Below are positions 25,045-39,131 of a stretch of 64,000 bases of DNA, in pieces. The notes under the pieces are model-generated. The model ran no database searches. It was given only the letters and a program-made list of their open reading frames with translations, and was not told the DNA's origin. The stretch lies in NCBI GenBank assembly GCA_951406725.2, contig OX597818.1:13702001-13766000 (forward strand), given 5' to 3'. The translations under genes were made by a program, and so were the position numbers. Within the stretch, counting starts at the first letter, position 1. The number at the start of each line of letters is the position of its first letter. The stretch comes from Octopus vulgaris (taxonomy: Eukaryota).

Positions 25045-25080
25045 CAGTTGAAGAAGTCTCAATGACTGAAACCGGTACTG
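25045..25080 (+). ncRNA. Minimal hammerhead (U3 variant), right pLTR
   Basis: CAG-TTGAAGA-AGTC(TCAAT)GACT-GAAA-CCGG-TA-CTG: stems I and II and palindromic stem III ACCGGT intact. Confidence 0.65.
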
Positions 25081-25309
25081 AAATGTAAACAGGAATGCTG
25101 GTACGAGCATGAAAATAGAAAGAAAAAAATGTGGCATATGTATATTTTCATAAATATTTTGCAGATGTTACAGGAGTGACTCAAATACCGATAGGCCCAT
25201 GCGCTGGCAATTAGTGGAGACGCAGAAGCCTTTAGGATCTTCAGTCACTCTGCTACTTATGCTAAATATCAATATCAATATATATATATATATATGTATA
25301 TATTTTTAA

Positions 25310-25440
25310 CTCTTGTTCCTATATGTTGAGGAGCGTAGTTCGAAACGTATAAGAATTTCTCACTTTCCTGAGCGTCAGTCTAATACACCTGCTTGTTGTT
25401 TATACACCTATATTCATCTTTTGTTTTTCTGTAAATTTCA
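25310..25440 (+). mobile_element. Penelope pLTR-like fragment with hammerhead-like core
   Basis: TTGAGGA-GCGTAGTTC-GAAA-CG-TA. Related reverse-orientation fragments near 19530-19620 and 60690-60750. Confidence 0.35.
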
Positions 25441-25497
25441 ACTATATATATATATATATATATGTATACATACATACACACACACACGCACACACAC

Positions 25498-25553
<56 letters not shown>

Positions 25554-28500
25554 GTATATCATCGTCATACATATCTTTTCCAGCTTTCTTACATTCTTTT
25601 CCACAGTAAAGAAAATCGTTACAGGTAACATTATTAGGTTTTAATTAATATTCGTGTTTTTTTGCATATTTGCTTAATCTGATTCCCTTGCGTAATGTAT
25701 AATCCTAATTGATAGTATTAGATATCTTGCATTACTAAACTAAGAATAAACTCATTAATAATAATCACAGTTTACAGAAATAAGCTTAGATAATTGTTAA
25801 TGATTATCCACCGGTAGTATTTATAATATTTGAATTAAAAGAATTTCACTAGATATGTTACCGAAATACCTCTCAAACCAAACAAACTGTTTTTGTAAAG
25901 AATGATAAATGATGTATCAGTAATTTTGACTTATGATATATAATACTGGTTAACACCTGACACATGATATGCATTTAATTTTCCTGTTTAGAATTCCAGC
26001 TCATCAGTACGATTGTTTATATTTGAAATATGAAAGATTTGACAATTGAATTACGAATAATGAAATAGTTATTTAATAATCCCTTTTGAACATTAAATGG
26101 AAATTCTTATGGCTTAACTTTTAAGATCTGTCTTCCCTGTAATAACAAATACGGCAACGATACCACCTACTCAATCAAAGAAATTTATCATACATGTCTC
26201 TTTCACAATCAAAGTTAATAACATAAAACGGATTGCGCTCGGAAAATTACAGTACGAACTATTAATGACATTATAAAAGACGGTTTATTGATTATATAAA
26301 TTTAATCCCCACTGAATTTAGCTTGTGATTTACCGAAGATAAACTGTAGTGTCTTGGAAATCGCATTCAACTTCACAAAATTCAGAGAATAATGTTATTG
26401 CAAATATTTATTTATGAATATAAACAAAAATATGCCTTTACAGAATTATCGTGTCTCCATTTATTTATTGACACGTGTACGAGCACCTAAAAGCAACCAG
26501 TTCCCTATTTGTTGGGTATAAATGAAATTGCATACCTTTGCATACAATTGCTACTAGTTAGTAATTTGTGATCATTTATAAATTTTATGCCTACATTAAA
26601 AGTGGTTGTATATAGACGAAATGTATCGTATAACCTTGGCCTAAATAGTAACTGCAAAGTTATTTGTTTTAGTCCGATTAGTTATCATTAAAATATGGGA
26701 ATAAACATGTTAAAAGTCATTGATATATTTCTTTTATCTTATTGGTATGAAATGCTGAAGATTTTACTATTACTATCTGTTACAATTTTATTACCGTTCA
26801 TCGAACATATATCGTGTTTTATTCAATTTACAGCAAGGTAAATGAAATAACTGTACACTAACATTCAGTTGAAAATTATTTTATATATACAGTTCACTAT
26901 GGTTAAAATATTGTGCTATGGCCAATAACTGTACCAATACGCATTGAAGAAATTTGTATATGAGGTTATTTGTCGAACACAAATTGGTATAATTATAAAT
27001 GGAATGCTTTCTTTTTATTGAATGAAGATTCAGGACTAAATATCAACGAGGGTAATGAAGTCTTAGTTTATCGAAGCTGGTCATTGTCACATAGCACTAG
27101 GTAAATTCTGCCTTAATATACAGCTCTATATTTATTGCAAAAGACAATACAATATATCATTGTTCGATAGTGTTACTATCGGTGCTAATTCATGCGAATT
27201 ATAAATGATGTTTGCCATGAAAATTCGTGCATAGAAGTTTCAGAAGTGTCTAATAATAGCAAATAACGGCTCTCGAAAATAATCATTATAATTGCATTGA
27301 ATGACCCATTTCAGCGAATACAAAGAGGCTTTGAAATGCGCCACAAGGAAGTTTGTGTATATGAAAGCATTCTGTTGAATACGATCACAAAAGTTTTCAT
27401 ATAATTTGACCTCAATAATTACATTGCAGTAGGGGTTTTCAGGTACATAATTAAGGTATTGTTCAAAAAATTATCAAACCTAATATTCTCAAACCATGCA
27501 TACGCGTGTATTAACGTAAATACTATATGCCAAGCAGACACTGACGCGATGAACAGAGACTTACAGAGCATGAGTGTATAGCAACCAAAAACAAGCACAA
27601 CTCATATCAAGTATACATCAGCACATCACACTCGAAATCTTGAGAAGTGGCCATCTAAATTCCTCCAAATCACTCAATTTTGGGAATTTTGTCATCACCA
27701 AGTATCTCCATTGAGAAATGCATAACTTTATCGTAGATCATATTCCAACAAGTGACCTGCCCCGTTACCGTCATAAAACACTTCTCTCTCAAACACTAAT
27801 TGATACCAAACAAAACTCAGATAAGATCTACATATCCTACCAAACATCCAGAAGATGCATTCCAGTTGATTTTGATTAGCTCAACTACTGACAAACTCTG
27901 GCCACTGAATTACAGGCATGCTGTCCCCGCTCTCTACTATTACTGAATCTAACTGAAATCTTCCATAAACATCAGATACTACTGTTCTACAGGAACATGT
28001 GGGATATGGGTTTTCATAATGTTATTGTTTAACATAGACCACTTGACTCACACAATAGGAGTTGTAAAATCACATTTACTTTTCTATCTATGAGATACAT
28101 GATTTGGATGTAAATTTCGACGATTAACTGATATCTTAGTCATTCATTTTATTTATAATATATTACACTTTCTGTCAATACGTTCTATGCTCTTGATTTC
28201 TTAGTTTTGTACTTATAATTAATTCCTACTTCATTCTATCGTCCGAAGCTTATGTTGCACCATGAAAAAATTTAGGTCTATCCAGCATTCGGTCTGGAAT
28301 TCATTGTAGTAAACGAATATGTTAGAATGTTGCACACACTATAAAATTAAATACATTATCAACCAATGGAAGTATTTAAAAAAAAAGTTATACTTATGAT
28401 ATAATAATATTTCATTATTGCTCATGCAGTATCGTATATGAATGTGTATGATAGATGGGCGCAGAAAGACGCGAATTGCTTTTTCAAAGAATTAGATATC

Positions 28501-29957
28501 AGCAATATATATAAATACAAAATAGAAATTAGTGACTATTGAAGATACAACAGTCATGTGTTGTTGCTACATGGACATACCCCTTAAATAAAAGTGAAGA
28601 AATCTACCTTCTTCCTATATCTATCTATATCTGGAAGAAATAATAAATTCACACTTTCAAACATACACTTTTACTCAAGGCCGAAATTATAATCAAGAAC
28701 ACAGCCACATATGCACACGAGCACGCACACTCGCACACACACTCACACATACTCAAACATATACACACACTATTCATTAATGTATTAAATTCTTAGACTT
28801 GCATGCATGTTGCTGTTATCGTATGTGTGACTTGATACTAAACTGTAAAGAAAAACAATTTCACATTTGGAATCTCCCAATCCTTTACAAATGTTTGTCC
28901 TGAAATTCTTCACTTTCTATTTTTATCGCATTACTCCAAAAATAACTCCGAATCTAATTGACAGCAAGGTTAATGAAAGAGTTTCATAATGATTATTACG
29001 TAATATACCAAGTGAAAAGTAAACCAATTTGCTGGACAGAAAATAACAGATTAAGTTAATAACTAGCTCTCTGTAAATTAATTCCACTACCTTTGTTATA
29101 TTTCGATAATTTTGATAATTTTTCTCTTGTTTTTCAACTCCTTCTCTCAGTTCTGCTAGCTTTATTACCATTTAATTATTATTTTATTTCTCTGGAAAAT
29201 ATATTATTTTTCTTTATTTGCTAATATTATTTTAATAAATTTTAAAAATATTGACGTAATTCTATATACAATATTTAATATCTGTTCAACGATGCCCTGT
29301 TTTATGAAAACTTAATTAAATATTGGTAATAACTGGATATATTAAAGGCATCCACTGCTACATGTTTACGACTATCATTACAAAACTAAATGGTGTATAT
29401 GACGTAATTCATAATCAGAACAAAACCATTTCGAGAGATATAAATTTGGAAAAATATCTAATATCACTCCGTGAGTTTCGTGTTTTCTCGGGTTCGGGAA
29501 ATGAAATGTCATAAACATTTATTGTAACATCCACGCACAGAAGATTTTAAAAGCGTCGATACAAATGCATTTTTAAAAGGTTTTAGTAGACACACTACAA
29601 TACACGTTTATATGTCTGGAATTTCATTGGTCAAAATACGGAACATGAACACTGGTGCTGGGTTTAAATGACATAAGTACAAGTAAATGTTGATATGAAT
29701 GCTCGCTCATGCAGTAACGCATGCATATAGAACGTTGTTTGATTGCATTACTCAACTGGATAGAGACAATATTTTGACACAGACTAGAATGCTCTAGGCG
29801 AATATATTGATTCCGATACCTACGGGGTGCATAAATTATATGTCACTGATTCACAGAACCTATAACATTTGGAGTCGTACCGCTAAAATCACATATTGGA
29901 AGCAGTTTAAGGAAGAAGGTTAGCCAACAGAGAGAAGCAAAGAATATCAATGACAAG

Positions 29958-31200
29958 TATAGGTCATCCCATAATTTCTGTCCGACTTTTATAAAATTGA
30001 ATGAAATTCAATAGTATTTTAGAATGTCTAATGGAATTGAAAATTATTTAATTAATTAAATATTTTTTTACAGAATAATAGAATTAACATTTCTTTCATT
30101 AAAATCCTTTCTAACATGGAAGTATACAAAGAGCATTTGAGACACATAATGCTTTATGAGTACAAAAAGAAAACCCTGCAGCCGAAGTTTATGGGAATAA
30201 ATGCTTGAATGAAGGAACTTGCAGAAGATGGAATGCAAAATTCAGAAGTGGAGATTTCAGCCTTGAAGATGAAGATCGAACAGGACGTGTAGTTGAGTTT
30301 GATGATAAGCTCCTTGAGGCATTACTTGAAGAAAATCCTGCATAAGTCAGTTGAAGAATAGGCAATGAATCTTAGTTCAAACCGTACAACTGTTCATTGT
30401 TATATTCAACAACTTGGAAAAGTTCCTAAACTTGGAAAATGGGTGCGTCATGAATTGTCTGAAAGCAAACGCAAACCCGTGTTAACGTCTGCTCGTCTCT
30501 CCATTCTCGTGAATTCATTTCACTCATTTTGGATAAACGTATGACTGGTGACGAAAAATGGATGTTCTATCGAAATGTTTAACGTCGTAAACAGTGGCTT
30601 GGTAAAAGGGAAAGAGCTCTACCACAACCGAGAAGGGAACTTCATGGGAAAAAAAGTTTCTTCTCCCTGTCTGGTGGTATTGTAAAGGAATAATTCACTT
30701 AGAATTGTTACCACCCAATGCAACAATCAATGCGCAAGTATACTGTCAGCAATTAGGGCGTTTGAACCAAGCTTTGAAGAAAAAAAGACCCGCTTAATTG
30801 AATCGAAAAGGAGCGGTGTTTTATCAGGACAATGCGCGATCTCGCACTGCAAAGATCACATCACAGAAGATCGAAGAGCTAGTTTGGGGAAAAATTCCTC
30901 AACCACCTTATTCTTCTGACCTTGCTCCTTCAGACTACCATTTGTTTCGTAGTTTACAGAATCATTTGAGGGACATAACTTTCCTAGCCAGGAGAAGGTC
31001 GAAACCGACATTTCAGAGTTCTTCACTTTGAAACAAAAAGAGTTTTACCTTGATGGAATTGATAAGCTTGTAAATAAATGGAAGGAAATCATAGATAATC
31101 AGGGAAAGTACATTGATGATTAAATTTCAATTAAATATAGCATTTGATCACTTGTTTTCTTTATACAAAATTCGGACAGAACTTATGGGATGACTTAATA
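29958..31200 (+). mobile_element. Near full-length mariner (D,D34D-type), transposase pseudogene
   Basis: ITRs AGGTCATCCCATAATTTCTGTCCGA / TCGGACAGAACTTATGGGATGACTT. ATG at 30116 (MEVYKEHLRHIMLYE), then WVRHEL, MTGDEKW, YQDNA, PYSSDLAPSDYHLF. Frameshifts and stops. Confidence 0.92.
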
Positions 31201-31237
31201 TATGAGTGTGTGCATATATATATATATATATATAAAT

Positions 31238-31303
<66 letters not shown>

Positions 31304-31399
31304 GTGCGTGTGTGCGCGTGTGTATATACATACACACACATATATGTGTATATATATAGATATAAATATGTATATATATAAAGAACATTAATACATATA

Positions 31400-31446
<47 letters not shown>

Positions 31447-31817
31447 TTTGGCCCATACGGCAAAACATTTATATCTCCCACGAGAATTAATGTTCCTTAT
31501 TCATTTTTATAAATTTGTATTCTCTTAATTTCATTTCTCTCAATACTGCTAAGTGTTTATTTGACAGTCGACTCGAGTGAAGAGAACCGAGCATGTCTTT
31601 TGGCACTAAATTCGAAATCAAATCAAGTTAACTGGCATTCCTTCGTGCATGTTTGTAAGAGGGACTTCCTTAATTCGCTTAATTTTTTTCCGACAATGCC
31701 TGTGGAAATAGAGAGTTAATTTTTTTGTCTTCGGTGGGTTTTACTTCCTACACTTAGCAATGCTAAATTAAACTTCAATATATTATTATATATATATGTA
31801 TATAAAATAATATATAA

Positions 31818-33980
31818 GCACTGGTATCGATTAATTGAATTTCAGTTATTAACTTTTGAGAAATTAACAATTAATTATTAATTAATAGTTAATTCCAATT
31901 AAAGCACAAAAATGTCTGCAGTTGCATTTATTAACAAGTTTATGATATTTCAATTAAAATTCAGTTAAAAACAAGAAATAGCATAGGCATTTTCTTAATC
32001 AAATGATGTCGGATTTCCAGTTACGCAAATACACAAGCATGTTAACTGTATTTGGTTCAAGTGATAAGCTCGTCTTGTTAACAATGTAACCGGCAGTAGT
32101 AAATAATCGTTCACACGGAATCTAGGTAACTGTTATGCAAAGAACAATCTTGGCAAAAAAGCCAATTTTCGATATCGATGTTCATTAAGTTTCCACGATT
32201 GAAGTGGATAAACTAATTTAGCAACTTTTTTCTCCATTTTATATCGCTGTACTTCATCCGAAGCGTTTTAGACATCTTCTAAGTCTGAGTCAGACTCCAT
32301 CAGCTAAATATGCTTTTCATTCGGTTCGCATATAGTGTTACTGAGACTGTTAGTATCACCTCGTGCATTAGTCTTCAACCGATCATTATTAGCATCAGCT
32401 GCTATTTGCTATCCATTAAGTACCGACGTTTGTTCTTTGGAATCGTCTGATAAACAGTTTTTATATCATGGATCAAGTGCTGTTGCAATCTGTAATATCT
32501 CAATACTTTTCATGTCAGCTATACGTTTGCTGAAGTCAGCTATACGTGATCTGAAGTCATTAACAGATTCTGCCTTGAATTTGGCTACGTGACCTGGATC
32601 ATCATTTACAGTCATGTACTTTGTCAAAGACAATAACAGTGGCAATGCACAGCTACACGGCACATACTTTTCACCGCCTAGCTGGACCGTAGCCTGACAG
32701 AATAACTCTAAATCATTGTATTTTGAAATCTTTTCCTAATCAGAATCGAACAGTTCTGGACATTTATATTGCTTCTTTTTCTGACATGTAGATAGTTATT
32801 GCTTCTCTGGCCTGCAGCCGACTCTTCAGCATTAGAAAAGTACTGCTCCATCTTGTTGGAACATCTTGATGTAGCATACGAAATGGTGAATCACTACAGT
32901 TCTGCAATTCAGTTGTGTGGATAGGACTATGTTTAAAATTTCGTATGATTTTTCGACATTTAAAAACAATGTTTCTGTATCTGCGGCTTTAAACCCATCC
33001 AATATGCTCGATTGTAGGCTATGAGCCAAACACGGAATATGAGCAAAGCCATTGAAACCAAATTTCGTGCATGGTCTGTTAGTAGAACATGAATCTTTGC
33101 TATATCCCAGTCTGTTACAAATTGTTTATGCAACTCAGCAACATTGTTAGAATAGTGACGTTCAACAAAATGCACACATTCAAGAATACCACTTATTAAA
33201 TTCCAGTCATCAGCAATTCAAAGGCCGGTGATTCCGCAATAACTTTCATTATTTAGAGATGTCCAAAAATCAGATGTTAGCGCAATTGCCTTTGAAATTT
33301 TCACTGCTTCTTTAACCTTTTCTCTTTTGCTGTTATAAATATCAACCAGCATTTTATCAATAGTACGCCGGAAAGGTAGTTTATATTCGATATTTAGAAG
33401 TGCTGTACACAACACTTGCTGAAGGCCATCATCTTTTACTATCGATATTGGCCTACCACTATTAGCTATCCAGTTAGCAAGTGATATTTTAATGTCACGT
33501 TGTAGATTAGTATTCACTGGATGATCAGACCGACGATAGAGCTGACTCAAAATAGTCTGCTTAGGGGTGGATGACACCGCTGCTGTAGACTGACTAAATG
33601 AAGCTGATATTGCGAGCTGAGATTTCGAATACTGTAGCAAGTGTTAGTTTTGAAGGTGGTAAGTAAGCGATGTGTTTGATCCATGGTATGCGAACGATTT
33701 GTCGCAATGGATGCAATAAAGGTTATCAGTTGTTTTGATATTGCCGTCAGCCAACAATTTAAATCCAAAATGTTCATGTAATAGAACTGATATAGGTTTA
33801 TATTTTATAACTCGATTCTTCTCCGATGCCCTTTTACTATTGTTACTATTGCTTCCAGACTTCCATCATATTTAATAATGATGGGTAGATAATTAAATTT
33901 GAAACCGATTAATAAAAAATTACTCGTTAAAATAAATAAATGATTAATCGATTAATTAATCTTTAAATCCCGGGACCCCA
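31818..33980 (-). mobile_element. hAT (Ac/ZBED1-like) DNA transposon, degenerate
   Basis: N-terminal BED-finger-like Cys/His remnant, ALTSDFWTSLNNESYCGIT, TDHARN, IATALDP, C-terminal dimerisation motif (PCERLFTTAGYIVNKTSLSLEPNTVNMLV). ATTAATCGAT subterminal motifs at both ends. Confidence 0.88.
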
Positions 33981-34041
<61 letters not shown>

Positions 34042-34060
34042 TATTAAAATTACTAAGTCT

Positions 34061-34287
34061 CTTTATATCATGGATCAAGTGCTGTTGCAATATGTAATAT
34101 TTCAATACTTTTCATGTCAGCTATACGTGATCTGAAGTCATTAACATGTCAGAAAAAGAAGCAATATAAAGGTCCAGAACTGTTCGATTCTGATTAGGAA
34201 AAGATTTCAAAATACATCAAAATACAATGATTTAGAGTTAATCTGTCAGGCTACGGTCGAGCTAGGCGGTGAAAAGTATGTGTCGTA
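34061..34287. repeat. Rearranged local duplication of hAT internal sequence
   Basis: 34062-34146 is a direct copy of 32460-32565; 34144-34287 is the reverse complement of ~32657-32789. Confidence 0.8.
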
Positions 34288-34682
34288 ATCTCTTTTATAT
34301 TGATGTATTCCACCGTAACTGTGGATGTATTCCACCGTAACTAGGTAAAATCTTCGAACAGAGACGGTCAGTAGCGTCACCTGCAGGTCTGACTACGCTG
34401 CATTGAGAAGGGGCAACAACGCTGAAGCATGTCTGTAGCTGTCGGACTAGCAGGTTGAAGCGGCTGACCTCCCCTGTTCGAAGGTTTAATAACGGACGCA
34501 GTTTGTGTGTCAAGTAGCTAGCTTGAGGCGATGGCTTCATGGAGCTAATCAACGACAGCTTTATTCTTATTTTTAAGAATGCCATATTAGTATGGCGATA
34601 ACTATTAATTTATATATATATGTATATATGTATATATATATGTGTATGTGTGTATGTATATATATATGTGTGTGTATATGTG

Positions 34683-34727
<45 letters not shown>

Positions 34728-34759
34728 ATATGTGTATGTATATATATATATGGAGAAAG

Positions 34760-34995
34760 CACAGGTTAAGAAGTGAGTCAAGAATTGAGATAGCAAGTAG
34801 TCTGCATGAAGAACTTAGGCGTGCTGCCCGAAAGCGCACTGCTTGTGTAGTGAGTGGGGAAAGCTTGGTTCGCAATGTTTGCAATCGTGTATGCTTCACA
34901 AGAGCCGCACATGCAAAATATAATTTAGTCCTAGAGCGCACAATGTTCCTGAAGGTCGGCAATAGTCTTCCTCGGTCATGAGGGGACAGTCATCC
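34760..34995 (+). mobile_element. RTE-clade LINE extreme 3' end relic
   Basis: RRAARKR...[13 protein letters not shown] resembles the RTE C-terminal zinc finger. Confidence 0.45.
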
Positions 34996-36059
34996 TGTAT
35001 GTATGTATGCATGTCTGTATGTCGATTCCATCGCCAAATACACACATAATGCGTATTAGTCGATTTGGGCAATACTGGAGTACATTTTCCCAAAATGCTG
35101 CACACTGGGGCTAAACCCGATACTACGTTTTCTAAAGGCCAGTTTCTTAATCACAATGATAAGTCCGCTGTTGCACTTCAGTTTAAGACTATAACGTGTA
35201 ATGGCTGCATAGCTACCAGTATTCATGAGGATACGGATAAGTATTGTTTTAATTATTTCAATTTCAGTCATATTAATTAGCTGATGTAGGTATGTTAATT
35301 ATGTTAAGTAATATTTGAAATATTCACGTATTTTAACTTCGTGAGTATAGATATTATGATGTTGTTTCTAATGAAACAGCTGTTGAAGGTAACTAAATAT
35401 TGATCTAATTGTGGAATATGTAAGGTAATTTTTATTCTCAATATACACCGGTCGTGAAAACTGTTGTAGCAGATTATCCATGAGCATAGAACAGTTTTCC
35501 ACTTGAATGTACTGCAATGATATTGCGCTTTGAAGTTTAATGACAAATTTTGTTAAGCTAGACTTTTTAATTACCGCTTATATATTTGATGTTTTATACA
35601 TAGTCTCAAGCTATTATGCACATATATATGCATATATAGAAATACATATTAGTACATGCATACACCAACAATTAAACACACACACTCTTAAACACGCGTA
35701 CATACACACACACACACACACATATATATATTATCAATATCATTGTTTTTTTTTTATTTTAAAATTATTTTGATATTATAACCATATATACAATGTAGGT
35801 TTAGTGAATTAATGATGATCTTGCGAAAGTACTCATATGATTATGTTATTCTTGCCTATCATTAAACACAAATGATATTTACTCCACTTTTTGAAATTTT
35901 AACAACTCTATGTTATCGTTGACAATTGGGCTTACCCTTAAATACTTTCGTGTATATATACAAAGCGACAAAACATCTTAAATTACGTGAGATCCCGGTG
36001 TTTGTAAATTTATGGTTGAGCTGATGTGCTGGTTGAACTGTTGATGCATACCTACAGGT

Positions 36060-36440
36060 ACGTGTATTAATTCAATTAAGTATTTCACAAGAGGAATTTT
36101 TTGTATGTCTTACACATTTTCTCCGTGACACTAATAGAGTAGATTTGGAGAAATTGCGTCTGTTTCTTTCGCTCTTTTTCCGCGAACTGAGTATTTCTAG
36201 TTCTTTTTCTGAAACGTTGTTGGTACATAGTTTAATACATCTATGATGATAGGTAAAATTTTGAATTCGTATTCAGGGTACAAGAGTTGTACATTCCGCA
36301 TGAATTCGCCATCAATGCTCTCTTCTTCCTTGACTTTATTTCACTTGATTGTACATTCATATCCGCCGGGCAGCAGTCATTTATAACAGTGCTTGATGTT
36401 GGTTCCCTGTCCCACAGAACAATATCAGGTCTGGTACGTA
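36060..36440 (-). mobile_element. Restriction-like endonuclease (RLE) relic of an R4/Dong-like LINE
   Basis: RPDIVLWDRE...CCPADMN motif (PD...D/E-type RLE). Abuts a (TATG)n microsatellite. Confidence 0.6.
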
Positions 36441-37599
36441 TCCATGTATGTATGTATGTATGTATGTATGTATGTATGTATGTATGTATGTATGTATGAA
36501 TGTATGTATGTATGTGTATGAATGTATGCATGTTTAAAGGAATAGAGACTTGTAATCCGGGTAGGTACTTTATCATCACTGTAAATATATACTTGACCTG
36601 GCTAGGTACATCGAACGATAGAGGGCATACAGAATTATTTACGAAAGACGATTACACACTAGCTCACTGAATATGTAAATTCTGAGTTACAATTATTGAA
36701 TTTCATTCAGTATACAGGGTAAACAATTGTGAAATCATAAAGAAGAATCCAGAATTAAAATGCATCTTCATTTTTTGTTATTATAGTAATATTCTCATTA
36801 AATTCACATTAGAAGCCAATCCGACACGGTTTCCGCTGCATAAGTTTCTTAATCTCCCTTCATGTAGTATTTATGTTCATACTGTGTACACATTCCGATG
36901 CAGCTTTAGTCAAGATTTTACCTACGTGTTGGGTAAAGCGATCGGAGGAAAGCAGTGTTATATATACCTATTAGAATATATTCGTGATGACGGATTATAA
37001 TATTTTAGAGTACATGGCAGTGCAGATTGTCTTGAAATACGATATATCAATTGTTCTAGCATTATTTTATCCTAGAATGGTCTCTTTATACTTCATATGT
37101 TTTATATACTTAGTAGCAGACATGGGGACAATTATACTGCAGAAACACGAGACAAATTGGAATATGTGAATTTAATGGGGAAAATATAATGGCAACACAT
37201 GTTGGAGACGTATAATTCTCCGTTATATATTTTAGATCTTTTGATTATACATGTGTGTGTGTGTGTGCGTGTATGTGTGTGTATTTGTGTGGAGTGCGTA
37301 ATTGAGAATGAATATATATGTATAAATATTTATATATATACATTTATATGTATACACACATACATATGTGTGTGCATGTGTGTGTGTGTGTACAGTGTTT
37401 GGTATAAATTTGACAGTTTGTATAAAAGAAAAGACAAGAAAACAATTTCCTAGTGAAAATTAAAATTATATAAGAAATCAAAACATAGAAACTATGTTAT
37501 CACTAGTTGTTAATAGTTTACTGAAACTAATCGCCCTCAGCTGCCACCACGGCTTTAAAACTACACCAAAACCTAGTGCATACATTTATCCTTGTGACT

Positions 37600-37960
37600 C
37601 TGAGAAGATCTTCGATCACGGCGTCCTAGTCTCGGCTGCAGCCATACAATGTTCACAGAGCATTGAGCAGTAATAATATTCTCGGCGTTTTGATATTATC
37701 GCGAATGTATAGGATCGATTACACGAATACGAAGCCTTGGTGAATTTTAATGTTGAAGACAACATCGTTTGGACACCGTTGTTGGAATATTTCCCACATA
37801 ACAAAAATGTTATAACGCTCACAGCAGCAGATGAAGCAATAGCTTTGGAGTTTCTGGAGATGATCCCAATAATCAAAAACTGTCACGTCGTCTACTTTTC
37901 TTGTGATCGAATTTTTATAATGTTTTCTTTCATCTAAGTAGCCCACGGCACTCAGCAATA
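37600..37960 (-). mobile_element. CR1-clade LINE 3' relic
   Basis: ITRKVDDVTVFDYWDHLQKLQSY....ERYNIFVMWEIFQQRCPND resembles the CR1 tail (Y.ERLK.L.LYSL.RRRERY.I...WKI). Confidence 0.65.
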
Positions 37961-38218
37961 TTGAAGGTGAGAACAGTCGAAGGTAAAGAAGGAGAGTAAA
38001 GAAAGAGGTAATGGTAGAAATGCCACAAATCAGTTTACCCAGCGTGCTAACTATTCTCCCAGGTCGCTGCTTTCAGATACAACATATTATATAAATCAAC
38101 AGATGAATGATAATATAGCATGTTCTTCATCTTCATACAATTTTCCTTTTAGTAGAAATAGGTGTAACTATGAAAGTTGTTTAAAATATTTTTCGTTTAA
38201 TCCATCTATACACCTATC

Positions 38219-38316
<98 letters not shown>

Positions 38317-38399
38317 TACGTATCTATGTATATATGTATGTATATCTATATCTATATCTATCTATCTATTTATCTATCAATATATATGTATATATATAT

Positions 38400-38972
38400 A
38401 TTATATAAAAGGGCTTAGTAAAATAAATTACTTCGCCGCATACTGAACTCATTAGAAATAGCAGCTAAGAAACTTTTTTAAAGCTATTTCTAATACTTAA
38501 AGAAAATCTCTCTCATATATAGTGTTTGCTTAATTCAACTCACAAAAGTTTGGGGGTAAGGACATCAAAAAATCAAATGCTAAGGTTATTTGAGTACGTA
38601 CGTTTCAAGATTAGTCAAAACAACATTTCTATCTTCAGCTCAGAAATTCCTTGGTTTGGATTTGGAAACACTGAAAGTAAGAACATACCCTTTCGAAGAT
38701 TCGCCCGTTACTAACAGTGCCAACAAACCCAAAATAAGCAAGTGAAGAATTTCTGTTCTCCCCTTTCCACCAGCGTGGGTTAAAATCATCAAACGCTATG
38801 CTTATTTCGGTAAAATCCCCCAAACTTTTGTGAGTTGAATTAAGCAAACACTATATATGAAAGAGATTTTCTTTAAGTATTAGAAATAGCTTTAAAAAAG
38901 TTTCTTAGCTGCTATTTCTAATGAGTTCAGTATGCGGCGAAGTAATTTATTTTACTAAGCCCTTTTATATAA
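38400..38972. mobile_element. MITE/foldback element with ~155-bp near-perfect terminal inverted repeats
   Basis: 38400-38555 and 38817-38972 are reverse complements with very few differences. ~260-bp non-coding spacer. Confidence 0.9.
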
Positions 38973-39068
38973 TGTAATAATTTGAATTCGCCTTAAATGG
39001 TCCCTTTGCATACTGAACACTTGGTGAAATTGATTAATAATTAATTAATTTTACCCTCAATTGTTGAA

Positions 39069-39131
<63 letters not shown>

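Larger units (their letters stand above)
23210..25080 (-). mobile_element. Penelope-like element fragment with inverted pseudo-LTRs
   Basis: GIY-YIG endonuclease relic on the minus strand (KNSLLKRIALHRSQIKIPQCRKIPFSQHID...RIRKETLFITKYRPLLN, ~23.9-24.3 kb) between inverted arms 23210-23626 and 24478-25080. Confidence 0.8.
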
